Virus record (IMG/VR): IMGVR_UViG_3300038603_000026
Span: 1-40,218 of that record
Direction: 5' to 3' (one strand)
Length of the DNA: 40,218 nucleotides
From: a virus
Lineage: Duplodnaviria > Caudoviricetes
Positions 8,727 through 18,945 of this stretch are shown in pieces. The notes under the pieces are model-generated. The model saw nothing but the letters and a program-made list of their open reading frames with translations. It ran no database searches and was not told the origin of the DNA. Every line of letters starts with the position of its first letter. Positions within the stretch are counted from its first letter, which is position 1. A program made the translations under genes and the position numbers.

Positions 8727-10178
8727 CTACTGATTACCTCTCAATTCTTCAAGCTCAGATTTGGCATTGTCTAGCTCCATTCTAAGCTGTGCAACCTCTT
8801 CAGTGTCGCCCTGCGTTGGAGCTTCGTCTTCAAGGTCTTCTGCTAGCTCTTCATTGGTTTTCATTGTCCAATTAGCTTTACGCTTAACAGTGTTTAGTTC
8901 GTCAAGTGTTGCGCCGCCACCCTGGAAGATTGTAAATGCCGCCAATACATCCTGAGCCGTTAAGTTATCAGTAACAAATTGATCATTAACCATCACCTTA
9001 ACTTCATCATTGACACCCATAAACTCAGCAGCCTTATTAGCGCACCAAGTTAATCCGGAAGAGATGTTATTAGCAATACGCTTAAGTTGTGATGTAGATG
9101 CGTTTGATTCGATTTCCTTAGCGCCTAGAGTTTGATTTGTTGCAGAATCCTGAACCACTTGAGCGCCTAGCATAATCATGCGCTTTTCAACTCTATCCAT
9201 TTCAGTAGGGATAGCGCCGGTTGCTTCAATCTGAAGAATTTCAACCTTATCACCCTGCTCAAGCATGTTTACACCCTTAGCGCCAACATCTAAGCCGTTA
9301 GGGTTCATCTCGTTGAACTGGTCGATATCCATTGATGAGTAAACGTTAGTCATCCCCTGGCCGTGATAGTGAAGGTTCTCCAGGTTGTCACAGCTCAACT
9401 GGAAATGCCCTAGGTTCTCATGCGACAAATCAAACATTACCGGTCGGTCGTATGTAGGCTTGTTGTTTTCTGAACCGATAAACTGGAACGGGATATAATC
9501 AAGAGTCTCGTTATCAATTTTAGGTTCAATAACATCCATCCATTCACCCTCGCGCTTAATGCGAGATGTGTAGACGCCATTAATCAACTCAAGTCTGCGT
9601 AATTGCTCTTTCTGCTCGTACTCATCACCATTCTTTTCCCAGTACAGCTCAATCAGGTCCACCAGTGTTAACTTACCGCCGCTAACAACGTGATTTGGGA
9701 TTGCTTCAGCGCGATAACCAACAAGGCGAGACTGATTCATGCCACTCAGTGTGCGACCTTCATTATTTGGTGGGTCAACTAACACACCGTAACGCGCAGT
9801 AACTAAAACCTCAGACGCAATCTCTAAGGCGAAGTCCATCATTGTTGCGCCTTCGCTATCTACATCATCGATAAACGCCTCCATTGAATCAGAAGCTTCG
9901 ATATCTACAGGTTTAGCGCCAATCATACCCACATAAGCATCATGCGTGCGACCGGTAATGTTAAAGAATCGACCACGCGCAAAGTAAGCTAGTCGACGCT
10001 TACTAACCGCATCGTAATTATCATTTGTAATTCGATATGACGGAGCGACTAGGCCAAAATAACCTTGCTCCGAATCAAGAAGCTTAATAACCCCTTGCTT
10101 ACCACGAATAGCCGCACGTACTTGCGCCCACAATGGCAAATTTTCTGTATAACCTTTGTCTAATTTTGTTTCCATCAT
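8727..10178 (-). CDS. Portal protein (DUF4055-type)
   Basis: 483 aa following TerL; IPFQFIGSENN, MIMLGAQ motifs. Confidence 0.9.
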   Translation of the reverse strand: MMETKLDKGYTENLPLWAQVRAAIRGKQGVIKLLDSEQGYFGLVAPSYRITNDNYDAVSKRRLAYFARGRFFNITGRTHDAYVGMIGAKPVDIEASDSMEAFIDDVDSEGATMMDFALEIASEVLVTARYGVLVDPPNNEGRTLSGMNQSRLVGYRAEAIPNHVVSGGKLTLVDLIELYWEKNGDEYEQKEQLRRLELINGVYTSRIKREGEWMDVIEPKIDNETLDYIPFQFIGSENNKPTYDRPVMFDLSHENLGHFQLSCDNLENLHYHGQGMTNVYSSMDIDQFNEMNPNGLDVGAKGVNMLEQGDKVEILQIEATGAIPTEMDRVEKRMIMLGAQVVQDSATNQTLGAKEIESNASTSQLKRIANNISSGLTWCANKAAEFMGVNDEVKVMVNDQFVTDNLTAQDVLAAFTIFQGGGATLDELNTVKRKANWTMKTNEELAEDLEDEAPTQGDTEEVAQLRMELDNAKSELEELRGNQ

Positions 10179-10180
10179 AT

Positions 10181-11554
10181 TTACCCGTGTATTGCGAAGC
10201 GTTTGCGCTGTTGTTTAACTAGGTGCGGACACGCTGCCATGACAAATGAGTCTGATAAGTCGTGAGACTTCTGTAATCGTTTCTTTACATCTTTCTTGGA
10301 TTCTACCATATCAAGACCACGTTTCGAATAATCACTATGAGGCTCACATAGCTCTGCTTTAAGCTCTTCAAGATTCTTAATCTCACTTGATATGGAAATC
10401 ATATCAGACACATCAAACTTAGCGCCCTTTTGCACTGCGTTATATGTATTCTTCAATCTATCAGCCACATCACGCCAAGCCTGAGCTTTAAGGTTCTCAA
10501 ACTTCATCTTATTGGTAATCTTAGGTGAGTATTCGCGTGTAGGGTTAAACACCTCGCCAGCTGCGTTAAACTTAGAGTAGTTTGATTTATTGGCCTTCTT
10601 GAGAATAGCACCAACACCCGCACCAACACCGATTGAATCGTAAGACATATGGCCGTTAGGTTTAACATGCGAATAAGCCCTTAAGCTACTCACATCAAGC
10701 TCATCTTCTCGCGCCTTCCATACATCCATAGACTCAGCAAGAGAGCCATTAAAGACCGTTACAGCGTTTCTATCATCACCGCCATCAGCAACGTCATAAC
10801 CAACGTTACATTTGCCAGTGAAATCTAGGTTTAGCTTAATATGAGCATCTACAGCAGCCTCAACCCATGAGCGCTTGATGATTGACGAATCATCATCTGT
10901 CAATGGAACGCCAAGGTAAATGTGCGTAGCTAACTCATAGTCTTCTTCAAATTCATTCCCAATATCTTTCAATGCACCCTCAGTTAAGAACCCATTGCGA
11001 TCGTAATTGATTTGATGAACTAGAAACCCTTTAGGCGGCGAAGCAACCAGTCTAATGTAACTGTAGTCACTAGCTAGGAGAGGGTTAAGCGTAAACCACA
11101 TCTCAGCACCTTTGTTACGCATAACTGTAGGTCGGATAGTAGTAAACATCTGCTTGGTTAGGTTGTGACTCTCTTCATTCCACCAGACATTAGCACCCTC
11201 AAATGATTTAATCTCATCGATGTTACGCGCAATACCATAGAACCTAAATAGCGAACCATTAGTCTTGTGCTCAATAGCATCAGCATAAATCTTGAAGTTA
11301 TTCTGTAGGCCGAAGTAATGAATCTTATCTTTCAGAAGAGAATAAACCGAATCAGCAATACGGTTTTGGTACATACGAGTGCACAAAAATCGCTGAGGCA
11401 TAAAGTTAGCCCTAGCGATTGCCATACCTGCAACGTCATGTGATTTGGAAGACATTCGACCACCATGCAGTACGCGACCTATTACATCATCACCATCTGG
11501 CGTAACAGTAGTCTCCCAAAACTCTCTAAGCTCAGGATTTAGTGTTGGTTGCAT
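10181..11554 (-). CDS. terL: Terminase large subunit (PBSX-like)
   Basis: Walker A LHGGRMSSKSH, Walker B WWNEES, nuclease GYDVADGGDD and SHDLSDS. Confidence 0.95.
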   Translation of the reverse strand: MQPTLNPELREFWETTVTPDGDDVIGRVLHGGRMSSKSHDVAGMAIARANFMPQRFLCTRMYQNRIADSVYSLLKDKIHYFGLQNNFKIYADAIEHKTNGSLFRFYGIARNIDEIKSFEGANVWWNEESHNLTKQMFTTIRPTVMRNKGAEMWFTLNPLLASDYSYIRLVASPPKGFLVHQINYDRNGFLTEGALKDIGNEFEEDYELATHIYLGVPLTDDDSSIIKRSWVEAAVDAHIKLNLDFTGKCNVGYDVADGGDDRNAVTVFNGSLAESMDVWKAREDELDVSSLRAYSHVKPNGHMSYDSIGVGAGVGAILKKANKSNYSKFNAAGEVFNPTREYSPKITNKMKFENLKAQAWRDVADRLKNTYNAVQKGAKFDVSDMISISSEIKNLEELKAELCEPHSDYSKRGLDMVESKKDVKKRLQKSHDLSDSFVMAACPHLVKQQRKRFAIHG

Positions 11555-11918
11555 AGAAGTCACTTAGAGTTACAGGCTCTTTAGGTGTCATCGTACCATC
11601 GGATGAAATGTTATCTTGCTGAACCTTGTCAGAGTAACCATGTTTGGTTAGCATCATCTTGGCAATTGGTGAGTTAAACTCCCCAGACAGACCACCAGCA
11701 ATCAACTTACCCTCTTGAAGCTCCTCAATCTGCTCTAAGATGTCCAGAAAGACTTTCTTATCCTCATCCTTAGCCCATGAATAAACAGTGCTCTTAGAGC
11801 GCCCTATGTGCTTACAAAGCCCTACAACTAGTGGAACTGTATCGGGGCAATTATCAACATAATCCTGCGCTAATTCTAATACCTCTTCCGTGTAGGTAGT
11901 TGGTCTACCTGTCGCCAT
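11532..11918 (-). CDS. terS: Terminase small subunit (P22 gp3-like)
   Basis: GRPTTY N-terminus, HTH, GGLSGEFNSPIAK; overlaps terL. Confidence 0.85.
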   Translation of the reverse strand: MATGRPTTYTEEVLELAQDYVDNCPDTVPLVVGLCKHIGRSKSTVYSWAKDEDKKVFLDILEQIEELQEGKLIAGGLSGEFNSPIAKMMLTKHGYSDKVQQDNISSDGTMTPKEPVTLSDFYATNTKS

Positions 11919-11988
11919 ATCAATCACCTTATGATTAAATTTATCCGCCTAACGAATGTGTAAATTATATCACCTTAGCTAGAAATGG

Positions 11989-12013
11989 AAAAACCCCGAG
12001 TTAACGGGGCTTG
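11989..12013 (-). terminator. Terminator upstream of terS
   Basis: ccccg-agttaa-cgggg hairpin with a T-run on the - strand. Confidence 0.7.
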
Positions 12014-12016
12014 GTT

Positions 12017-12262
12017 TTATGGCATAAAGTAAAGCTCATCGCCTTCTTCATCTCTTATAACTAACTCTTCTGCGTGCAGTTCGATGCTCTCTTTGTCGTT
12101 ATTGCTTATTACTTCAACTCTCGATGTTGGATACATGTCGTACTCCATGGCAATGTTGTTCATTTCCTGAACCACTTGCCATGCGTCCTTTGCATCCCTT
12201 GCAGCAAAATAAGAATCGCTGCCACCGTGAACTATCCATAATTTATTATCCATCTTAATCAC
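12017..12262 (-). CDS. Hypothetical acidic protein
   Basis: 81 aa ORF coupled to the upstream gene. Confidence 0.6.
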   Translation of the reverse strand: MIKMDNKLWIVHGGSDSYFAARDAKDAWQVVQEMNNIAMEYDMYPTSRVEVISNNDKESIELHAEELVIRDEEGDELYFMP

Positions 12263-12947
12263 CTTTGCTATATTTTGTTTTATCTACAATTAACAAGTAG
12301 TCAGCCTTGTGGTTGGTGCGTGACTCATCACAAAACAGGGTGAAAGTGAATACAGGCCTGTTATTTGCCTCTTGCACGTAGCAATACAAATCATAAGCCG
12401 ATTCTAGCCTTTCGCGCTCTTTGCGTTGCTCTGGAGTTTCTGGTTTATCTTTCAGCAACTCTGACACCCAAAACTTATCTAAAATTACTCGACTACCATT
12501 CGTTATGCATTCACATACAGCAATTGCGTTATTACCACTCAACCCAATAAACTTAATCTCATCATGAGTGCAGTTTTCAACATAAACGGTATCGCCATTC
12601 TTCCATTCAACTACTTGAGGGTTATCCAATTCTGCTGCGCGTAGTACGTAGCGAACGTTGTCATATTCACCAGGAGCATTCCAATCTATACAGTCAATCT
12701 CATTAACCTGATAAACTTCTTGAGATATGGAACTAAAAATAAAATCACCAGCAACAAATTCATGACCATCCTTTAGGAATTCTTCAGATGTAACGCAGTA
12801 ATCAGCAGGTTTACACAACCTCCAGCCATTAGCGAAGTGACTTGTTGGCGATTCCTCTACTGCGTGAAACTTACCTACATTACTAACTAAGATATCCATT
12901 GTTGGATTAGCAATCTTAGCTTCTTGATATGTGTTATATGTTTTCAT
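12255..12947 (-). CDS. Hypothetical phage protein
   Basis: 230 aa ORF with GAGGTGGAG RBS. Confidence 0.75.
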   Translation of the reverse strand: MKTYNTYQEAKIANPTMDILVSNVGKFHAVEESPTSHFANGWRLCKPADYCVTSEEFLKDGHEFVAGDFIFSSISQEVYQVNEIDCIDWNAPGEYDNVRYVLRAAELDNPQVVEWKNGDTVYVENCTHDEIKFIGLSGNNAIAVCECITNGSRVILDKFWVSELLKDKPETPEQRKERERLESAYDLYCYVQEANNRPVFTFTLFCDESRTNHKADYLLIVDKTKYSKGD

Positions 12948-13179
12948 TACTCCACCTCTAAATAAAAATACTTAATCAAATCAATACCAGCCATTTGCGC
13001 GTAGTTACTTCTATCTACCCATCGCTTTTCTTTATGGGCTAGTAACATGTGTTTTATGTAGAAATCCATTACTCTTCACCCTCCACAATATCCACAAACT
13101 GCATTAGAACGCCTGAGCCCCATATCTTTTCTATTAGGCGATAAACTAGGGCCATTTGCCTTTGTTTAATTGTCATAAA

Positions 13180-13491
13180 TCAACCTCTGATATAAACAAG
13201 CCCATCATCATCAATTGAAACATCACTTACAGATACATTCCTGCGTTTAGCTACACCTCGAATCACACCGTCCAACTGCCTATCATGATCATCCTTAAGT
13301 CGTCTTATTTCCTGCTTCAATTTATCAACTTCTGACTCCATTGGGTTTGGTATGCAATCATGACCATGAGCCATTCCGTAGTTATCATGAGCGCCTTCCA
13401 CCCAGCTGCACACAGTTTCTATTTGCTCATTAGTTGCTTTAATCCCAGCATCTTCCATAGCTTCTGTAACACACTCTTTCCAGTAATCCAT
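13180..13491 (-). CDS. Hypothetical coiled-coil protein
   Basis: 103 aa, GAGG RBS, first gene after an AC-rich leader. Confidence 0.7.
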   Translation of the reverse strand: MDYWKECVTEAMEDAGIKATNEQIETVCSWVEGAHDNYGMAHGHDCIPNPMESEVDKLKQEIRRLKDDHDRQLDGVIRGVAKRRNVSVSDVSIDDDGLVYIRG

Positions 13492-13874
13492 TTCTCTATC
13501 CTCTCTGTTTGTTTTGATTAGTATTGCGAAGGTTTAATGAAAGGACTATTCGACTATTCCGTTGTTTACTTCGGCTTTTTCGAAACAAAAAAAGACCCAA
13601 TCAAAAGACTGGGTCAAAAGGATAGAGTAGTTGGATAGATGAAGTGTGCGCTTCATGGTTTGAATGTAAGCTTATTAATGGATGATGTCAAGATACAGCA
13701 GCTCACCATACTCGCTAATGATTGATGCAAAGCCGCCTTGTGAGTCGTAGTAAACAATCTCGCTCTCATGCTCTACGTCTAAACCTTTAATAACTCCTCA
13801 GAGTTAATCATCTTGGTATCGCTCGTCAAAGTCGCAATCTCCGAACATCCACGATTGCGCTTTTTTCGATTAGA

Positions 13875-14198
13875 TTAAACGGGCGTGCTTCCGCCGCTTT
13901 CTTTATCATCTCCAGACGATTTTCCCGTTGCTCTTCTGACTGCGTTGATTGCTTCTGTGGTCTCGCCATTGTCTAACATCCTCTTAACTATCGCGTCGAT
14001 CATCTTATCTTCAGATATCTTATTGCGACGGTGGTTTGAATAAGCATTCCAGATAGCGCATGAGGCGTACACTAAACCAAATCCTACAGTAGCTATCACA
14101 CTGATTGCCGTTGCGTTATTCCCTATTACCGTCATCAGGCCCGTTGTTGCTCCAGCTCCTAATGACGCATTTTGTACATTTGAGATTGTGTCGCTCAT
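13875..14198 (-). CDS. Membrane protein, holin-like
   Basis: Hydrophobic segments followed by a basic WNAYSNHRRNK stretch. Confidence 0.45.
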   Translation of the reverse strand: MSDTISNVQNASLGAGATTGLMTVIGNNATAISVIATVGFGLVYASCAIWNAYSNHRRNKISEDKMIDAIVKRMLDNGETTEAINAVRRATGKSSGDDKESGGSTPV

Positions 14199-14644
14199 TT
14201 CTTTCAACCAAGAATTTAATTAAACCGAATACCAGTGTCGCAAGCTGTATAATACATATAGAAAATATCGGGTTTGCATTAATCCAGTCTATTACGTTGC
14301 TCATTGGCAAAATCACCTGACAAGTAAACTAAACCCCAGACAAGGGTAGCTACAACAACCAAGATGATTATCATTGATAAGTAAACTAAGCCCATATGCC
14401 AACCTTTTTCTTTAATTATACTCTTCGGTAGCCTAATTCTCAATCAAACCCATCTTTCCTGCGTTGACTTCTAGACCTTCTTGATGTTCTGCATCTCATA
14501 AGTAGCATGTGATTCGGTGTGTGGTAAGGGCTGCAAGAGATATCTACGTAAAGCCTTTGCACTGTTCCTTGCATGATTGCACCAACCACCAGCGTGATAC
14601 ACAGGCAGTAAATTATAGTTTTCATTGTCTCTATCCTGGAAAAT

Positions 14645-14675
14645 AAAGCCCCATCGCGAAATTTATATGGGGCTT
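14645..14675 (-). terminator. Terminator-like hairpin
   Basis: aagccccat...atggggctt, followed by Ts on the - strand. Confidence 0.55.
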
Positions 14676-15131
14676 CAGAAATTATCCACACCTGTATCAG
14701 AGGGTTAAGCCTTCTTTACGACTTAACAAGGGAATGCACGCTTCTCAGAGTTCATGGTAAGGTTATCTATCGACAAGCTTGGTAGATTTAGACCAACCTC
14801 CCATCATGAAACTTTTCGTTCAATTAGGTCAATTTGCGCACTCAAAATTAGCATGCATGAAATCACCAATGACTCTATATCTCCATTCGGCCTAAGTGAA
14901 AACAACAAGACAGCTATGATAATTTTTACAATTGAGAAAACAATACTCAGCATATTAGTTACCTTTTAATTTGCGTGGAAGAGTTGTGACAACAAACCCC
15001 ACAACGCAGCCAGCCAACATCCACCATGAAGAGAAATAAGACCATAAGATTGTTAGAAATAGCGTAATTACCGCAAACTTATCAGTAGCAAAGAAAACAA
15101 AAACGCTTCTCGTATAACTCACCAAAGCCTC

Positions 15132-15350
15132 CTAACCAGCAATATAAACAATTAATGCGAATGCTAGCGCTATTGATGCGTAGATATACACAGGCTTAAC
15201 AAACACGTTTAAGTATGGAATAAAAACCGTCACACCATGACTCTTTGATGCTCTCCAATCCTTAACTCGCAGGTAAATAATACTTACTGCTAGCATAAGG
15301 CCAGCAATAACACTTAACACGTAAAGCACACTTTCAAAACCATCCATCAC
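15132..15350 (-). CDS. Small two-TM membrane protein
   Basis: Two hydrophobic helices; GAGG RBS. Confidence 0.6.
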   Translation of the reverse strand: MMDGFESVLYVLSVIAGLMLAVSIIYLRVKDWRASKSHGVTVFIPYLNVFVKPVYIYASIALAFALIVYIAG

Positions 15351-15514
15351 AATTCCTCTCTCGCTAGTTTATTTTTGTAGTAAACACCCTTTGCACTTCT
15401 TCTTGCATGCTCGCTGCCGGGTATTACTTTCATTTGTGGGCTTACACTTCCTGGTCGCTTGTTCTTGCCTTTGCGCTTCGTCATTAGGCATTACCTCAAT
15501 CTTATCTACGTTCA

Positions 15515-16117
15515 TTAGTACTTCTTCCCGCCTTCTTTCTCGCGATTTTCACGCTTATGGTCGGCTCTATGTTTATTGTACTCAACTTTTTCTAGGATGA
15601 TTTGGTAAAGGTCAATGCTTTTAAAATCACACCAAGAAAAACAAATTTCAACACATGCAGAAATTCCATCTCTAACATCGAAGTCAGCGATTTTATTCTT
15701 ATCAAGGTAGTGCTGAAACGTTTGGGCTACACCATTGTGAAGCCTAGCTATCAACTCAATACCATCATACTCTTCATAATTTATTTCAATAAAATCATAG
15801 CAAGCTTCTGGAGTGGAGTGATTTTTGCTACCCAACCAATCAAGACAGCGAATAACAAAGTCAGCAAGCTCAACCTGAAACATTGGATATTGTGGCAAGT
15901 GGTCATCCATCAACCCTTTGCGGTCGCCCTCCATAGCCTCTGATAGCTCAGAGTGAAATAGACACACAAACGTACTGAATGGTCGAATCTCATCCCACCA
16001 GCCCATCTCTTTGTTCTGTGCGTGAATCTTGTTTTGCAGTTCAACTAGTGACATTCGTTTGTTATTAATCATATCCAAAGCTTCTTTTTCCTCTGGTGTT
16101 TCTGTTTTTACTTCCAT
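15515..16117 (-). CDS. MazG-like nucleotide pyrophosphohydrolase
   Basis: HSELSEAMEGDRK...VELADFVIR...EKVEYNKHRADHK. Confidence 0.8.
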   Translation of the reverse strand: MEVKTETPEEKEALDMINNKRMSLVELQNKIHAQNKEMGWWDEIRPFSTFVCLFHSELSEAMEGDRKGLMDDHLPQYPMFQVELADFVIRCLDWLGSKNHSTPEACYDFIEINYEEYDGIELIARLHNGVAQTFQHYLDKNKIADFDVRDGISACVEICFSWCDFKSIDLYQIILEKVEYNKHRADHKRENREKEGGKKY

Positions 16118-16155
16118 CTTCTATCCTTATGGCGGCCGAAACCGCCTTTTATTAT

Positions 16156-16371
16156 TTACTCAGCTTCACCAAGAGTTATTTGAGCATCTTCTTGGCTCGG
16201 CAACTCACAGTAAGCTATAAACTCATAACCATTAGCAGCGTAGCATGCGCCTGTATCACTATCATACTCAACATGCGAAACTCTAAAGTCACACCCATCC
16301 CAAACAAGAATCTCCTCATCAATTGGGCAGTCTTCATATGTGCTTATAATTGTGAAAAAAACTAAGGTCAA
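16156..16371 (-). CDS. DUF551-like hypothetical protein
   Basis: PIDEEILVWDG...AYCELP pattern. Confidence 0.45.
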   Translation of the reverse strand: MTLVFFTIISTYEDCPIDEEILVWDGCDFRVSHVEYDSDTGACYAANGYEFIAYCELPSQEDAQITLGEAE

Positions 16372-16443
16372 TAATCATCAATCTTCCCCTATAACGCCCA
16401 CTAATGGCGTGTTGGTTGTTTAAATTACCTTAAAATAAATGAA

Positions 16444-16941
16444 TTAAAATGGAATATCGTCATCGAAGTCCATTGGTGGCTCATTGTATTGCGGCAGCTG
16501 CTGTGGCGCTTGCTGCTGTGGTGGCGCGTATTGTTGCTGTGGTGCCTGTTGTGGTTGTTGCATTGGTTGTTGTTGCTGACCACCTTGAGACTTACCACCC
16601 AACATTTGCATAACACCGTTAAAGCCCTGAACAACAACTTCAGTTGTGTAACGGTCTTGCCCGTTTTGGTCTTGCCATTTGCGTGTTTGCAATTGACCTT
16701 CAATGTAAACCTGTGAGCCTTTGCGTAGGTACTCACCCGCAACTTCAGCAAGTTTTCCGAAGGTAGCTACACGGTGCCACTCTGTTTTTTCCTTTTGCTC
16801 ACCGGAAGCTTTGTCTCTCCATGACTCACTGGTTGCAACAGTGATATTTGCCACTGCCCCACCATTTGGCATGTAACGAATTGATGGATCATCACCAATA
16901 TTTCCAACCAAAATTACCTTATTTACACCCTTACTTCCCAT
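16444..16941 (-). CDS. ssb: Single-stranded DNA-binding protein
   Basis: [19 protein letters not shown]-terminal DFDDDIPF. Confidence 0.97.
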   Translation of the reverse strand: MGSKGVNKVILVGNIGDDPSIRYMPNGGAVANITVATSESWRDKASGEQKEKTEWHRVATFGKLAEVAGEYLRKGSQVYIEGQLQTRKWQDQNGQDRYTTEVVVQGFNGVMQMLGGKSQGGQQQQPMQQPQQAPQQQYAPPQQQAPQQLPQYNEPPMDFDDDIPF

Positions 16942-17461
16942 GATATTTACCCTTAACTATTGCATTTATTATATCCACGCATACACCATAAAGTTTCGCA
17001 ACTTCCTTTCTTGTTACACCTTCACCTCTTCCGTTTGCGCCAACAAATTTCATTTTCTTTATCTCACTTACCTGACTTTTGGTTAGTGCTTTTTCGTGAT
17101 TTAAGTTCTTTATTGATTTTTCATTCATTCTTCCTCGATTTACCATGTCGCGCATATTATCCTTTTGAGTGCCAACCTCAAGATGGTCAGGGTTTGTGCA
17201 TTCAGGGTTGTCGCATTTATGCCTGACAACCATTCCATCTGGTATTTCCCCATTTTCCTTCTCGTAACTAACCCTATGTGCTTTTTCTGGAGATCTTGAG
17301 TTTCCATGCCTACTTGAAAGAATTCCGTAACCCTTACCATCCTTAGATCCAGACCAAGCCCAACATCCATCAGATTTAACTTGAAATCTTTCTAACCTAT
17401 CAAATATTGGCGTAACTCTTTTCTTGGCAGGTCTGCCGCACTTTACAGATCCACTGCCCAT
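16931..17461 (-). CDS. HNH homing endonuclease (HNH_3-type)
   Basis: CWAWSG...AHRVSY...[25 protein letters not shown]-terminal HTH. Confidence 0.9.
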   Translation of the reverse strand: MGSGSVKCGRPAKKRVTPIFDRLERFQVKSDGCWAWSGSKDGKGYGILSSRHGNSRSPEKAHRVSYEKENGEIPDGMVVRHKCDNPECTNPDHLEVGTQKDNMRDMVNRGRMNEKSIKNLNHEKALTKSQVSEIKKMKFVGANGRGEGVTRKEVAKLYGVCVDIINAIVKGKYHGK

Positions 17462-18042
17462 TACCATCCCTCTACTGTTTTAATTGATTGATCTAAGTTT
17501 GTTTGTGTTAGCGATTGAATCTGCCAAGTTTGGCAAACCTGCTCAACCGTATAGCCCTTACTAACAATTAAGTCTTGAAGCTTTTTAAGCTTTGCTTGTT
17601 CAACTTGGTTGTTTTGCTTTTGACCTGAAGACTTTTGTTGCCTTGTGTTTGATGCACCGTCATCATCTTCTTGAGCCATGCCAATCATTGCAGCAAAGCA
17701 GTATCGGCGCATGTACGTAATTGCCGAGCCAAGAACCTGGACAGGGTTTTTACCAGCAGCGCCCTGTAGCGTTGCATTAGGCATTACAGTCTCACTACGC
17801 ATCCATTGACCAGAGCTATGAGTCATCATTGTGATGATTGTTTGCTTATCATCCTTACAGCCCATCATTTGAGTTACAGCCAAACCATTTGAGGCTAGGA
17901 TAGGCTTTGCAGTGTTAATACAATTGGCAAGGTCTGAATAGTTGTAACCGTGACCCTGCGAGGACTTGCTAGAGTTTTCTAGATCACCTTGAAACTTAGC
18001 AAAAGCTGTAAAAAGCTCGCTAGTGCTTTCTGACATTTCCAT
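17461..18042 (-). CDS. erf: ERF-family single-strand annealing protein
   Basis: GSAITYMRRY...EDDDG motif. Confidence 0.9.
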   Translation of the reverse strand: MEMSESTSELFTAFAKFQGDLENSSKSSQGHGYNYSDLANCINTAKPILASNGLAVTQMMGCKDDKQTIITMMTHSSGQWMRSETVMPNATLQGAAGKNPVQVLGSAITYMRRYCFAAMIGMAQEDDDGASNTRQQKSSGQKQNNQVEQAKLKKLQDLIVSKGYTVEQVCQTWQIQSLTQTNLDQSIKTVEGW

Positions 18043-18044
18043 AA

Positions 18045-18212
18045 CTAACCCTTTTTCTCCATATCAACAACAAGAAGGTTTCGCATGTACTCAGCCTTAC
18101 CTATTGATTGACTTTCTAAATACCTATGCTGCTCTTCACTAAGCCCAACTGGCAGAGGTCGCTTAGCTGGCTTTCTAGGTGCGCTAACACGCTTTACTGG
18201 ACACTCTTTCAT
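18045..18212 (-). CDS. Small RHH/CopG-like regulator (55 aa, not in the ORF track)
   Basis: PLPVGLSEEQHRYLE...KAEYMRNLLVVDME; GGAG RBS. Confidence 0.6.
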   Translation of the reverse strand: MKECPVKRVSAPRKPAKRPLPVGLSEEQHRYLESQSIGKAEYMRNLLVVDMEKKG

Positions 18213-18241
18213 TGTTTATCTCCGTCGTTTTGTTGATATCA

Positions 18242-18333
18242 AGTATAATACCACGCACATCGATTGTAAAGTTATTTTTGATATTAATTTTAATATTATT
18301 TATCTTGCTCATTCTCTCTATATAGACTACGAT
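18242..18333. promoter_or_regulatory. Divergent sigma70 promoter pair
   Basis: - strand TTTACA-17-TATACT; + strand TTGCTC(18305)-17-TACGAT(18328); AT-rich spacer. Confidence 0.7.
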
Positions 18334-18361
18334 TCACATACACAAACAAGAGGTATCAGTT

Positions 18362-18541
18362 ATGCATCAAGTATGGTTATTAATGTCGATTCCTTGCGAA
18401 TCAGAACAAGACGCTATTGAACGCGCACAAATCGTAGAGCGTAGCGACAAAACTAAAGACGTAGTTGTTGAGGGTAATGTTGTTAAGTACAAACAGCTTA
18501 CTTGGCAAGATGGTTACAACAAGGAAGATTTAGATGATTAA
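18362..18541 (+). CDS. Hypothetical protein (59 aa)
   Basis: GAGG RBS; MHQVWLLMSIPC... Confidence 0.55.
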   Translation: MHQVWLLMSIPCESEQDAIERAQIVERSDKTKDVVVEGNVVKYKQLTWQDGYNKEDLDD

Positions 18542-18824
18542 CAAGCAATGGGTGATTAATATTTTGGAAGATGGTGGCTATGTATCGCTTGGCAGCGCTG
18601 AAGGCTGTCTATTCAATAAAGATAATGTTTGCGTACGAATCATGACTTACACGCAAGCTTACACGCTAATCCATGAAGGTGTAATCACTAAAAATGATAG
18701 AGACGTGTTTATTCGTGGTGATGATGTGTTCATACCTTACAGCAAAGCATCACATGATAAGAAACACACTATCGTAGACACATCAGACCGCGGATATGGT
18801 CAAGGACGTAGAATGGGTGACTAA
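18534..18824 (+). CDS. Hypothetical protein
   Basis: 96 aa ORF, overlapping the upstream stop. Confidence 0.6.
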   Translation: MINKQWVINILEDGGYVSLGSAEGCLFNKDNVCVRIMTYTQAYTLIHEGVITKNDRDVFIRGDDVFIPYSKASHDKKHTIVDTSDRGYGQGRRMGD

Positions 18825-18945
18825 TGAAAATTAAACCAATGCACCAATCCAAACCAGGTTATAACGACCTTATGAAGCGACAATCAGATAAAAAGCCGTC
18901 TAAGTTTTCGGTTGAGTTGGAAAAGGCGAAGAGAGAGATTAAAAA

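Noticed and set aside
14682-14690. DnaA box TTATCCACA
   Set aside because: A single copy far from the iteron origin; compatible with chance.
16489-16716. Leu/Trp-rich + strand ORF and similar antisense ORFs (e.g. 24503-24865, 33439-33822, 36176-36577)
   Set aside because: These are shadows of well-supported opposite-strand genes, here the Gln/Pro linker of SSB.
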